This document shows, one piece after another, positions 24,300 through 36,351 of a stretch of DNA of 64,000 bases. Position numbers and translations under genes: made by a program. Under the pieces are notes generated by a model that was given only the letters and a program-made list of their open reading frames with translations, did no database searches and was not told the DNA's origin. This DNA comes from Fistulifera solaris (Eukaryota): contig AP026127.1 of the NCBI GenBank assembly GCA_030295235.1, positions 1,364,001 to 1,428,000 on the forward strand, in the 5' to 3' direction. The stretch's first letter is position 1. Each line of letters starts with the position of its first letter.

Positions 24300-24990
24300 A
24301 CAAGAGGGAGTCGAGCAGTCAGCCAGCCGGTGTACGATCAAGCATGAAGGATCACGCGCTTTCTTCGAATCTGTCAGCGGTCCATAGTGACAATCAAGAA
24401 GCGAGAGAAGACAGAGCAGAGAGACGTATCTACCAGTCTCATTCAACCGACATACTTCTCAAAGCAATGAATGTGCAGAACGGGGGAAGAGGTTATGCCC
24501 TCTTTCGATGCATGTCTCGTTCGTCGCACTGGGTTCTCCCTACATTCAAACAAGAACTGTGAACTCTTATCACCATGTGATCTAAAAGTAGACCGCATCT
24601 TCATGCCCACTTCTCCGATTCTCGTGATTTCTCTTGAATACTCTAGCGTAGCGGGGTCGTCCGACACTGCTATCAACATGGATGTCAAAATTCACTTATT
24701 GCTAGCATCACATTGAACGACTGAAAACGCAGGTGCCAATGAGATGAGCTGCTCGTCCGTTCAGGACGCCATCCTCTCTGGTGTATTACGGTGCAAAGGG
24801 GCGACTAGCGACTGCATCTATGAAATTCGACATTGCAGAAAGAGGTCACCGACAACTGGCTCGCCTACCTTTTCAGCTCGCACTTTTTTGCCGCATTGCT
24901 TTCCGTCTTACAATTAATATAACTCGTAGTACAGATCTGCCGTGGCCGCGATGCAGTCGACATGAATATCCGTTTACACAATGACACCTC
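24300..24990 (+). pseudogene. Degraded gene, second copy of the family at 11180-11546
   Basis: Fragmented + strand ORFs containing PSFDACLV, SSVQDAILSGVLRC and RGHRQLARLPFQL. Confidence 0.55.
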
Positions 24991-25995
24991 GTTGCCGATG
25001 GAAGCATCATCGTCCAGCACAACCAACTTCAATCGTTGCCAGCCGTTCATCCACGTATTAATAAGAGCTACTGCGCACTTGAATACCGAAAGCGTAGCGA
25101 CGACGGATCACACAAGTTCGTAAAATCAAACATCGAATCATACAAGTCAACCATTCCCAACACGTGAGTTGATTAAAGGGACCAGCAAGCCCATGTCGGC
25201 CGAGCATGAAGAAGCGAGCGCCTTTCTTTCGTCTACCGGTGGTCCAGTGTCGCAAGTAAGAAGTCAGGGAAGTCAGGCAAGACAGGACTGACGTCAACAG
25301 CCAACCTCGCAACAAAAATGTATCGAATCATCATTCAATGTGGCCCGGCAAAAGAGTCGGGAGAAGATGAACGGAATTTCGTCTGCCGGGGTCGCTTTCT
25401 GCAGTTAAAGTCGCCGTTTTTTCGTTTGTTGTCTCTATCGTTTCTTGAATCGCGGTTTTTTAGACCGATTTACGGGCGAATAGGTTGTTTTCGCGAGCCA
25501 ATTTTGACTTTAGCGCGATAATGCGTACTTCGCGACATTCCCCCCGCAAAGTAGACCTACAACCGCAGCAGAAACTGGCACGAGCAGGAGCGACAATCAA
25601 GGGCGGTAATATACCGGAGTATTGTTTTCAAGAAAGGAAGTTGGCCTCATAGTTGATACAAACCATTTTCGTCATCTCGGCCCCGGCCGCAGTATACCAG
25701 GTAGCAGTGCAAACAATAATAGGGCGCGCGGCATCAGGAAGAACACGACTGACGGCCGACAGACGATCACGTTGGAGGGAGAAACCGAAAAATTTGGCTG
25801 CCCGCGACATAATTGTCGGCTAATTAGTACAAGATGGCGCACTCCAAAAAAGCTATAGCGTTTTGTGTAGTTAATGACTCTTGCGGTTTTGATATTTCGC
25901 GTTTCTCGCATTTCATGTGACAACAAAACAAAGCAATCAGACGAAGACGCTATAGAGAGATCAAGGACCGCAAGAACACAACAATCAAGGGAACG

Positions 25996-28900
25996 ATGAA
26001 GTATGTTAACATGTTAGAGCAAGATTTGAAAGATGATTCGTCGATCAGCTCGGCGGCGTCCTCTTCCTCGTCTTCTTCCTCCTCCTCCTCTTCTTCATCA
26101 TCGTCGTCGTCGTCCTCCTCCTCCTCTTCGTCATCTTCATCTTCGTCATCCTCTTCCTCCTCGTCATCGGCATCCAAGTCATCGGCGAGTTCTTCTTCTT
26201 CAAAGTCTTCTGGTAGCTCGTCTTCTTCAGGAAATACGAGTAACTCAGATACGGCGGATGATTCATCAAAAAGAAGTCAGTCGTCAGATTCAGATACGGG
26301 GGAAAGCTCAAGTGCTGCGCCGAGCTCGGATGCTTCGTCTGCTTCATCGAGTAGTAAAAGCAGTCGAAGCAGCAAAAGTAGCGACGACGACAGTCAATCG
26401 AGTCGAAGTAGTCAAAGCAGTCGTAGTAGTAGCAGCAGCAGCAACAGCACTACCGCCAATTCTGCCTCCGAAAATGAAACCGACAGAGAAAGTGATACTG
26501 TCGGTGACTCTACGGCAGCATCAACTACATCTGCATCGGATGACAAGGATGAATCGTCTCAATCATCTTCATCGAACTCATCGGATTCAGAATCAACAAA
26601 GAGCGATGATGACAGCTCTCGTGACAGTTCGTCAACTACTTCCGAACATTCCGAATCGAATCAATCAACAGGCCCGTCCGCTATTGACTCGACTGAAGCG
26701 GAAGCTCCACCGGCTGTCATCTCCACTGATGCGGAAACCTCGGTAGATGAAGACTCCGTCGATACAGAATCCAGAAAGGTAGATATAGCATCAGCTAGTT
26801 TGTTGCAAAGCCCCGAACGAGATACACAATCGGAAGATCGAAACGTTGAAACAGCGCACGACGCCTCGGAAACATCGCGATCGGCACATGAAGAGCTTGA
26901 GCAAAGAGTAGACGATAGTCCGCGGGAAGAGTCTGACGATCGTGAAAGGGTAGAGCAGTTGAATCTACACGATGAACAGGAAGTTATTTCGGAGAAAGAG
27001 TATCTTACATCGCACGCAGCAGACCAGTCAGACTATGATGGTAGTTCAAAAGAAGTGAATTATGCACCCGCTCAACGTTCCTCGGAAGCGAAAGTTGAAG
27101 CGGGCAATACAGCTGAAGATGTCGATATCGTGACAAAAGCTGCCATGGAAGCAACTTTGTTCGAAGAACAAAAGCCACGTCGACAGTCGCGTTTGATAGA
27201 CTTAGATGACTCTGAGTTCCCCGACGATGATGACGACGAAGACGAGGAAGGAATTACGGCAGTGCTACCGCCAGCAATAACAAATGTGGCCGCAGCGAAT
27301 CGCAATGACGAAGACGAGGACGCCCGTGATGAGCTAAACAAAATTATTCCGCCGGGCGATTCCGCAACAGAATTGCAATCCACCACTGCTGCAGACTCTA
27401 AAAAGAAACGTGGCTTGATGCGATTATTTCGACGTAAAGACCGGTCTCGATCGAAAAGCCGTGACAGGGATCCGCTTCCACAAGAACCAATTCCTACCGT
27501 TGCCTCGAGCAACATCCAAACGGGAAGGGAGGATTCACGCACTGTTGTGGAAGTGACAGGCAATGAAGACGCGATGGTGGAGCGAACAGATATTGATGAA
27601 ATCTCGAAACCCGCGGAAACGATGGGGGATGCTTCAACTTATCGCATTGATGAAATCGACAGTCATTTGCAAGAAGAACCGGGGTCTGCTAATCAGATAT
27701 CAGAGGTCTCGTCAACAGCTGTATCCGTCCCAGAGAAAAAGAAGAGGAGAGGAATCTTTGGTTTCAATAATCGAAAAGATAAAGCTGCACCCTCGGAAGA
27801 GAGACACAGCCTTCGGCTTCTCATGGCCCGTCATCGCAATCTCACTCTGCGGCCACTGCTACGCCAACTATTGCTCCTATTGAAACTGACCAGTTGCCGG
27901 AAAAGACGAAAAAGAGAGGTCTTTTTGGAATCGGGCGCAGAGCAAAGGTGAAGTCAGCAGAAGACCAAGAAGACGATACGCCCTCTGACGTTACCCCTTT
28001 AGCTTCAGATTTGAACATGGAGAGAGGAGTGTCCTCAATGGAACCTTTCCCCATAATTGAGGGTTCTAGCACCGATAAAGACGCAACAAAAGCTCTCGAA
28101 GATTCGAGAAGGCCTGTGTCGGAAGTGGCGGCACAAGACACAAAATTTGCCGACGAATCGGCAATATTGCTCACCGGAATGGCAAAACTAATGGCTGAAG
28201 ACGAGACCCCCGACGAAGCACAAGAAGCAGCAAGAGTAAAAGCAGAAGAGACTGCGAGGCTGCTAGCGGAAGAGCAGGCCGAAGAAGAAGCGGCACGATT
28301 GAAAGCGGAAGAAGATGAAAAAGCTAGATTGTTGGCCGAAATTAAGGCCGAAGAAGAAGAGGCCAGGTTGAAAGAAGAAACGGCAAGAATTCAAGCGGAA
28401 GAAGAAGAAGATAATGCGAGGCTGCTAGCGGAAAAGCAGGCCGAAGAAGAAGCGGCAAGATTGAGAGCGGAAGAAGAAGAGAAATTTAGATTGTTTGCCG
28501 CAAGACAAGCCGAAGAAGAAGAGGCCAGGTTAAAAGCAGAAGAAGCGGCAAGAGTGAAAGCGGAAGAAGAAGAGAATGCGAGGTTGCTAGCGGAAAAGCA
28601 GGCCGAAGAAGAAGCGGCAAGATTGAAAGCGGAAGAAGAAGAAAAGGCTAGATTGCTGGCAGAAAAACAGGCCGAAGAGGAAGCAGAGCTGAAGGCAAAG
28701 GCAGCAAAGGAGCTCGAAGACAAAGAGAAAGAAAAAATCAAAAAGTAGTCTATTTTCCATTTTGCAGCATCGGAGAGAATTAGCCGACAGCGGAAAAGAC
28801 ACGGGGACGATCTTATAAAGAGAAAGAAAGAACTACAAGATGACAAACCGTCGATGAGTACTGACTTGGCAGCGATCTTTAGTAGGCGGAGGCAAAAGAC

Positions 28901-31900
28901 TGAATCGAGCAACGACGAACAAAGTATCGACGATAAAATTCGAAGGAATCACCCGCCTGAAAAGTCCACGGTGAAGATGAATGATGAAGTTCAGATGGCT
29001 TTGCTAAGACGAAGAATGGCCACAGAAAATGCGAAAGTGGACAGAGAGGATGACCGAGTGGAAACTACGACTCAGGAGGACCAAAACCGTTCAGGAGACA
29101 TGGCTCACGATGAGGGAGGAACGCTTGAACGTTAACGTCCAGGATGAAGAGGAATCCTCAAAACCCATTTTTGTTCTTGTCGATGATGAAGGATCTGAGG
29201 AGGACGTCGTGGACGAGGAACAAAATTCCCAAGTAGGTGACGAGGAACAGGGAAAGAGATCTAACCTCGATGACGAGGACGGGGCCTCTGATGCGGAAGC
29301 TGAGGTTGAGGACGACGACTCCGATGTCGAGGCTGAGACTGGGGACGACGACTCCGATGTCGAAGCTGAGAGTGAAGATGAAGACTCCGATGTCGAAGCT
29401 GAGAGTGAGGACGAAAATTGTGAAGTGGAAGCTGAAAGTGAAGACGAAGACTCCGAAGCTGACGTTGAAAATGAAGAGGACTCTGAAGTGGAAGTTGAGA
29501 GCGAGGAAAATTTGAACAACGAGGTCTTTGAAGTAGGTGACGATTCCAATATTGAGAACGAAGATGAAGAGGAAGAAGTCGAGGAGGATTGCTATGAGGT
29601 TGAGAATCTTGAGCACGAATTAGAAGAAGAATCTGAAATCGAAGAAGAATTATTAGAGGAATCTGAAGAGTACGAAGATATAGAAGTAGGAGATGCTGCG
29701 ATCGAGCAAGAGTTCATTGCGGACTCTGTCAACGAGATTGCAGTCGTCTCTGACGATGATGATAATTTCGATAATGCTCATTCTGTCGAACCAACAGCCT
29801 CAAGTGAAGTTATTCTTGAGGATCGGGAAGCAACTAGCAACGAAAATAAGTCTTGGTTCTGGTGGAAAAGAAGAAAAATCTTGAAGAAGTCGAGGCCGAA
29901 TTGAACGCTCGCGAAGAACAACAATTAGAAGAGGGTGAAAAACAAGCAGAAAGGCGTTGGTGGCCGAGGAAAGCCGATCTCGCCCGGGACGACTCTGAAC
30001 CCGAGCTTCATGATGAAAATCAAAAAGAGGAAAGTGAAGAACCAGTGAAACGAAGCTGGTGGAAGAGGCAAGGTATTCCGGCAGAGCCCCTTCCCAATCA
30101 TCATGAGGAACCATTTGCAGCGGATAGTCTGAAAGAAGATCGCATGGAAGACAAATTAGGCTCAGATCCCCACGACCTAAAAGCAAAACGAAGCGGCCAA
30201 AGTACCATTATTTATGCGCCGCTGGCGGACATCGAAAGAACATGCTGCAGGTGACGAAATTGAACCTGAAGTGCCCGATGAGCCCCAAAAAAAGGAGGGT
30301 GTAATTCCAGTGAAAAGTGGCTGGTGGGCAAAGACTGAAAGCTCTCCAGTAAACGAAGCGGGAATTGATCATGTCAATGAAAGGCAGAAAAGAGAAAGTA
30401 CACCGCGAGAAAAACGCGGATGGTGGACTAGAAGCGAGAAAAACCCAGCAACTGTAGCTGTGGATGAAGAGGAAGCACTCATGGTCGTATCAGCAGACTG
30501 CGAGCCTGGAGCTTCTGATCGGTTAGATCGCACGGGCAACAAAGATGCATCAATAAAAGCGACCGGGCTTGACAGTGACGTCGAGATGCAGCGAGATGAT
30601 CCGATCGCCAGAGAGATGTCGGACATTGCCCCAAAAACGATTGAGCCAGAGCCAGGAAAGGACTCTAAAAGGAATTGGACTGGTAACCATTGGTCAAAGC
30701 GGTGCTTACTTTTGATGGGAATTCTTCTTATTGCCATTGGCATCGCCGCCGGTGTCGGTATTGGAATTGCCGTCGGAGAAGACGATCCCGCTGCCCCTTC
30801 AATTGAATCTACACCCGCCCCAACCGGTGCGCCTTCTGAAGCCGTGCCTATTGATCCTAATCAAAAACAAGCGTATGACTTGCTTTGTCCTCTCGTTCTT
30901 AATTGCGAATCATTGCTTGACCTCGAGACGCCTCAAGGAACTGCTTTCAAATGGTTGACAGAAAGCGAGCCAAAAGCTACGGATGACTTGCGTATAATCC
31001 AGCGCTATGCCTTGGCTACTTTATATTACAGTACGAATGGTGATTCGTGGACCGACAATTCGGATTGGGTTACCGACGCCGATGAATGTCTTTGGTATTC
31101 TAGTTCCTCAGACTCCCAACGATGTTCACCTGATAACGAATTGTTGGTGCTCTCACTAAACGATAATAACCTCCAAGGAGAGCTGCCGCATGAGATATCG
31201 TTGCTAACAACGCTAACCAGCATAAGTATTCGCAATCCTCGCGACAACACCCCTACTTTGACCGGCGGTATTCCGTCGGGTGTGATTTCGCTGTCCGTCC
31301 TCAGCTCACTTGTCATTTCTGGAAATAGCTTCGAAGGTCCGATCCCCTCCGAGATCGGCAAACTAACACAGCTACAGCAGCTTGATCTAAGCTTCAACAG
31401 CCTTCAAGGTGACATTCCTGGGTCATTTTCTACACTTACCGAAATCACTTTCCTCGACCTTTCCGGTAACTTGCTGGAATCCATTCCATCTGATCTCTTT
31501 TCCTCATTATCAATGCTAAAGGAAATGAACCTGGAAGAAAACTACTTCACAGCGATTCCCGATTCAATTTCAAGTCTGTCGTCTCTTGAAAAGTTGAGCT
31601 TGAGGCAAAACAGCTTCGAAGAGTTTCCCCTTGGCATACTCTCCGTGACTAGCCTCCAGGTGCTCGATCTTAGTGAGAACAACTACGTCGGTAGCTCGAT
31701 TCCGGAGCAAATCAGCAACTTGGTGAATTTGCGACAGCTAAATATGAAAGCCAACGCTTTAATTAGCACCATTCCATCAACAATGGGTCTACTGACACAG
31801 CTTCAACGACTCGACTTGAGTGAAAATGCTTTACAAGGGACCATTCCAACAAACCTCGGTGGCGCAACTAATGTCCGTCAGCTTCTCTTGAACTCAAACC

Positions 31901-32148
31901 AGTTGGAAGGGCCCGTACCTGCCGACATAGCGCTGATGACCAGTATAGAGATCATTCGAATTGATGACAACGACCTCACGGGGATCCTACCGAATGAGAT
32001 TTGTGCACTTTACGATTCAATACGACCGGCTTCTTACGCTGACTGCAGCGAAATTATCACGTTCTGCTTCAGTTATTGTTGTGAGGACGGTGAAGGGTGC
32101 ACATGCCGGTTCGAAACCAGTGACCCTGCGCGGTGCCTTGTTCGGTAA
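25996..32148 (+). CDS. Giant receptor-like membrane protein: poly-Ser, E/A/K coiled-coil repeats, acidic repeats, one TM helix, C-terminal plant-type LRRs; about 2000 aa if several frameshifts are corrected
   Basis: Contiguous overlapping + strand ORFs; TM 'LLLMGILLIAIGIAAGVGIGIAV'; 'PQGTAFKWL..IQRYALATLYYSTNG..W..W..EC.W' cap followed by LxxLxLxxNxLxGxIP repeats. LRR part 30214-32148 is secure; fusion with the upstream ORFs is inferred. Confidence 0.75.
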
Positions 32149-33193
32149 TTTCCCTGTCTTGTAAAACTTTAATAAAAATAGGAAAAACCGATATAGCAAT
32201 AGCGACTACTCCAATACTCGAAAAATAAAAAGTCTCTATAAATTCGTAGAAATAACGCCATCCAGAAAGATATTATGGCTGAATGTTGTGTCAGCGTGAA
32301 AGTTGATCTTGTCGCCCTTGATGCTAACATCGGTGAAGTCTAGTTAATCGAACTTGTAGCAGTTTCAGCGCTCGTTCTGAGTTTAGAATGAGCTTGCATG
32401 TTACTGCGCGCTTCAATGACAACAGTCAAAAGACAACGATAAGTAATCGTTCTTCCCTTGCACTCGCAGGACGGCGCATCGATCCTAGACAGAATTTCAA
32501 GACATGACAAGCGCTCGTTACGTACAAGCGCCACGAAAACGACAGATCGTGGCCAACCACCACTATTTTAATACTATTTCTTGAAAAAACGGAAATGCCA
32601 TTGCGTCCTTTCGAGTTTCGAAAAGAAAAGTTTCCAGAAAAGAACAAGCGAAAGACTAGAGCCATCTTTTTGCGTCATTGCAAGATCCTACGGACGGCAC
32701 AGACATCGCACACCCAAGCACATTGTAAGAGCCACAGTATAAGTTATTAGCGAAAGAACCATCACTATTATAACTTCACCATTCAAAGATGCTCCTCGTC
32801 CATCATGATGCTTCACATTGCAGCATTATTCAGCATCGCACGTCGTGCATCATAAGCCTTATGCACTTATGCATCATGCATGCATCATCGGCGCATTATG
32901 GTGACACGGGCGTTAAATGTATAGGCAACAGTGTAGTCTCGGTGACTATGTATCATTGTGACGGAATGTTTCTGCTTAGAGTTTCGCGTCACCCACCGGT
33001 ACCAAGTACGCTAAGAAATTGTTCAACGGTTGCTCGATCGCTGAAACTGCGCGCAAACCGAGTTTCAAATGGTTCCAAATTCTTTTTTTCTTTCGACATT
33101 CCATTATTTTACTTCTTCGTTGCCTGCTTACGAAACTTTCCTTCAACCTTTACGATCATTCATTGATTCTCTTCTAGTTTGTCAAAACCAAGT

Positions 33194-34739
33194 ATGGAAA
33201 GCGACTGTTTTCAATCACCGGAAATCTTCTACGGCTTGAGTGAAATGAAAAAGCATTGCGGGCCACCACCAGAAGACATTTTGAATCTGAGCGAATGCCA
33301 TTTCAGGACGATAGCATCGATGTTACAATTCCAAAGCAAAATAGTAAATACTACAACCGTGACATCAGCCTTATCAAATATGCCCTGGCCTCTGGATCTT
33401 TAAGAGAAATCGATTGGGATAATGTCGCAGTCGATTTGAGAAAGTCAATCAAGAGGTTCTTTGCAGGATGCGATTTGTTGAATGGCCACGCAAAATGCTT
33501 ACTCTACAACAATGAAGAGAATATTGACCGTAAGATGTTGAAAGAAAAGAAAACGATGGCCGATATCCTTTCGGCTCGGACGGTTGTGATCGACGACGAC
33601 TATCTTCTCAACCAAAAGGTGGATCTATTTGTCGTTCATGCCTATGGTATTGCTTTATTGGGCATTCCTTCCGCAACAATGTGCGAGAAAGTCATGACTC
33701 GAATGAAAGCGACAACAAACATTGATCTTACACCAGAAGCGGGATTTTCCACAAAAATAGTCGAGGTTGCTATACCGTGACTTTCGGTGTAACCTTTATG
33801 CTCCAAAGTGGCAAGAACAATACGAAAAGTACGATCGAGGCTGCTGGCGCCGAACGCTACCGACTACGACTCGTGCAAAAGGATCCACTGGAATCAGCGA
33901 AGAAACGTAAAACGCCAAATCTTACGGACGGCAAGGCGAAAAAGAAACAGAAAGCGCCGGACGATTCGACCAAAATTACGACAGGAGGAAACAAGGACGA
34001 AGTAAAAGCATTAAATTATCCACACGATCTTGGAGGGTGCGTTCGCGGAGTTTATGCAAAATTGTGCATTCCTGCTTTAGGGCAAAGATCATTGAATCGA
34101 TCGGAGAGATTAAACGGGGACTTTGTCAATCGAAGCATTCTGAACCTTCCGTCACCTTTGAATACTTCGATTCCAAAAAAAGACATCAAAGGTTAAATGC
34201 GACTGTGCCGAATATGAACTGAAGTGCCGGGAAATTGGCGAACGAATAATGATCGAGTTCTTTGGCCTTATGCGAATGCGCCTCTTATAGCTGCGAACAA
34301 TCTACGGGCGTTTTTCGATAAATGCAAGAATGAGTACCCTGAGGGAAAATGGCTACGCCGGATATTTCCGAAAGGGTCCGTATGCTCATACGCAGATGGT
34401 AAAGATCTCCATAATGACGAAAACGGTAGAATTTCACCTTCCGTTTGGATCAATCTGACAGAAAATGAAAATAGCGTGCTGGAATTCAAGTTGACCGGCT
34501 TCGCGGCTCAGATCAAATGCTCCAAGAACAGATTCGTGTGGTTCATGGGTTACGTGCCGCATCAATTCTATAATCTGAAAGGAGAAAAAGAGTTCGACAG
34601 GATTCACTACTATGGCTACTCAAAGCCCGAGTGCGAACACTGGGGGCTTGTGACCTGCAGTTTTGTGAATAATAGGGGCCCCGCCGAAGGAAGAAAGAAG
34701 TTAAAGTCAAGATTGGTAAGACGTTCCATCACATCTTGA
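33194..34739 (+). CDS. TET/JBP-like 2OG-Fe(II) dioxygenase domain protein; 3-4 frameshifts (sequencing errors or pseudogene)
   Basis: HxD (LHNDEN, 34410), distal His 50 residues later (FMGYVPH, 34560), R-x5-Y (DRIHYYGY, 34599); upstream ORFs 33179, 33256 and 33777 abut it and carry a basic NLS-like 'AKKRK..KAKKKQK'. Confidence 0.55.
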
Positions 34740-35169
34740 AAAACTTACCGCAAACGGCGCGGAAGAAGTGAAGATACGGTTTGAAAAATCTTTTGTTTCG
34801 CCAGTTCGAAGTGCCAGACAGCATTACAAGTTGAATTATAAGAAGACGCGGTGCCCGCGAAGGATCCTCACACGTACGTCAAACGATTGATGGTTACCAG
34901 TTGATGGAGTGAAGGGATACATGAGATAGCAGTGCAAATTGTAGTAGCTTGACAAAGGACACACTACGTCTTATAAAAGCTTAGATACATGGATATCAAT
35001 TCTACACGGACTCAGTTCTTTCTCACAAAGTGTGTGCAGCTGATCGTGTCCGTTTCGGAACAGAACTAATGGCTGGTTCACTCTTCAAACAAGGATCTTC
35101 GTTCGATACGTCCTGACCATTCGATTGGTTGAACAAGATCATGTTTTCCCGATTTCGCTTAAACTTTTC

Positions 35170-35841
35170 TTACGTTTCAAAGGAGCAGTGTTTGGGGCAA
35201 GTGCCCCGGCGCTTGCTTTGCTCGTAACAGTTCTCTTTTTCTTCACTCCGGAATGATTTCATGCTTTTTGAAAGCACAGCATTGTTTTCCATCGCACTCA
35301 CTGGGACTTGCGTCAAAACATCCACCGTCTTTGCCCCACCTTTCGCACTAGGATCATCAATTCGAATACTCTTGGGCTGTGACTGTTTCTTCGATAGGCT
35401 CTCCTTTTCTTCGCTTCGCTCGGGCTTTTTGATTTTCGGCGGATCAACGTACTTTTCTAGTTCCCCTGCCGTCATGTGTTCGCGATCCCCATCATCGTAA
35501 TGAATCATGTATGCTCGTACAGCGACGCCGCCCTCCTCTTCTACGTACTCGGAATGCACAACCGTCCCTCCATATTCACATGCTTTTCCTGGCTCTGTGT
35601 TAGAGTAGAAAAGCCTACTCATTCTCGTACCGTTGGGGTATTTCGGTTCGTCATAGGATCGTTTGGAGGAATCTGCATCCACCGGAACTTTATCATCCAA
35701 AAGATCCACCAACTGTGACAAGCGAAGCCGCAGCATCAAAACCCACTTGCCTAGCTTCTCGGTCGCTCCGATGCGCGGTACATTCGTGTGACCGTTAGCT
35801 TTCTTGAAATCGGCGACGAGAGTCGAAGGTTTGTCGTCCAT
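35170..35841 (-). CDS. Helicase-associated (HA)-like repeat + Tudor-like domain protein
   Basis: 'LVADFKKANGHTNVP.....LGKWV' (HA motif) and 'PKYPNGTRMSRLF...YGGTVV...YMIHYDDGDREHM' (Tudor-like). Confidence 0.7.
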   Translation of the reverse strand: MDDKPSTLVADFKKANGHTNVPRIGATEKLGKWVLMLRLRLSQLVDLLDDKVPVDADSSKRSYDEPKYPNGTRMSRLFYSNTEPGKACEYGGTVVHSEYVEEEGGVAVRAYMIHYDDGDREHMTAGELEKYVDPPKIKKPERSEEKESLSKKQSQPKSIRIDDPSAKGGAKTVDVLTQVPVSAMENNAVLSKSMKSFRSEEKENCYEQSKRRGTCPKHCSFET

Positions 35842-36351
35842 TCGTCATGGTTTCCCGAATCATCACCGGCGAGAGGAATGCTTGAAGCCATGGTAGCACG
35901 TTGCAAATCAAATAGAGAATAGAAGGAGACGTTTTTACTACTTCCAACTGCAATGACGGTTTCTCAAGTAAGAGTTTTGTTGTTGTGGATGCTTCGAATG
36001 AACGCGTGTTTGCATTGTTTTCCTTGGCATGAAATTTTGACTGCTGTATTCTGATGGCATGAAATTTTGGGAGAGGGCTTTTTTCGACGTGTACCGTCAC
36101 TCTGCGACATGAAGCACAAGTCACAATTAATAATTAAAGAACCGGTACGAAGCCCATCTCCGCTTGTTCACTGTACTTCGAAAAGTACTATACCTGCTAA
36201 GTGTCACAAAGCACACATCAGACATAAAATGTGTCTGTTGCACTTTTACTCCGTCGGCACCGACGCAAACGCAACAAACAAAATGCTTTTATCTCAATGC
36301 AAATATTCATTCCTCGAATCAACCTTCGTTCTTACAAATAAAATTTATATC

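Noticed and set aside
25950..29616. Antisense ORFs over the Ser- and Glu-rich regions
   Set aside because: Shadows of low-complexity coding sequence on the + strand
32795..33005. GCATCAT/ATGCAT-rich tract upstream of the TET/JBP-like gene as a transposon terminus
   Set aside because: Low complexity; no convincing partner end, only a weak echo at 40011
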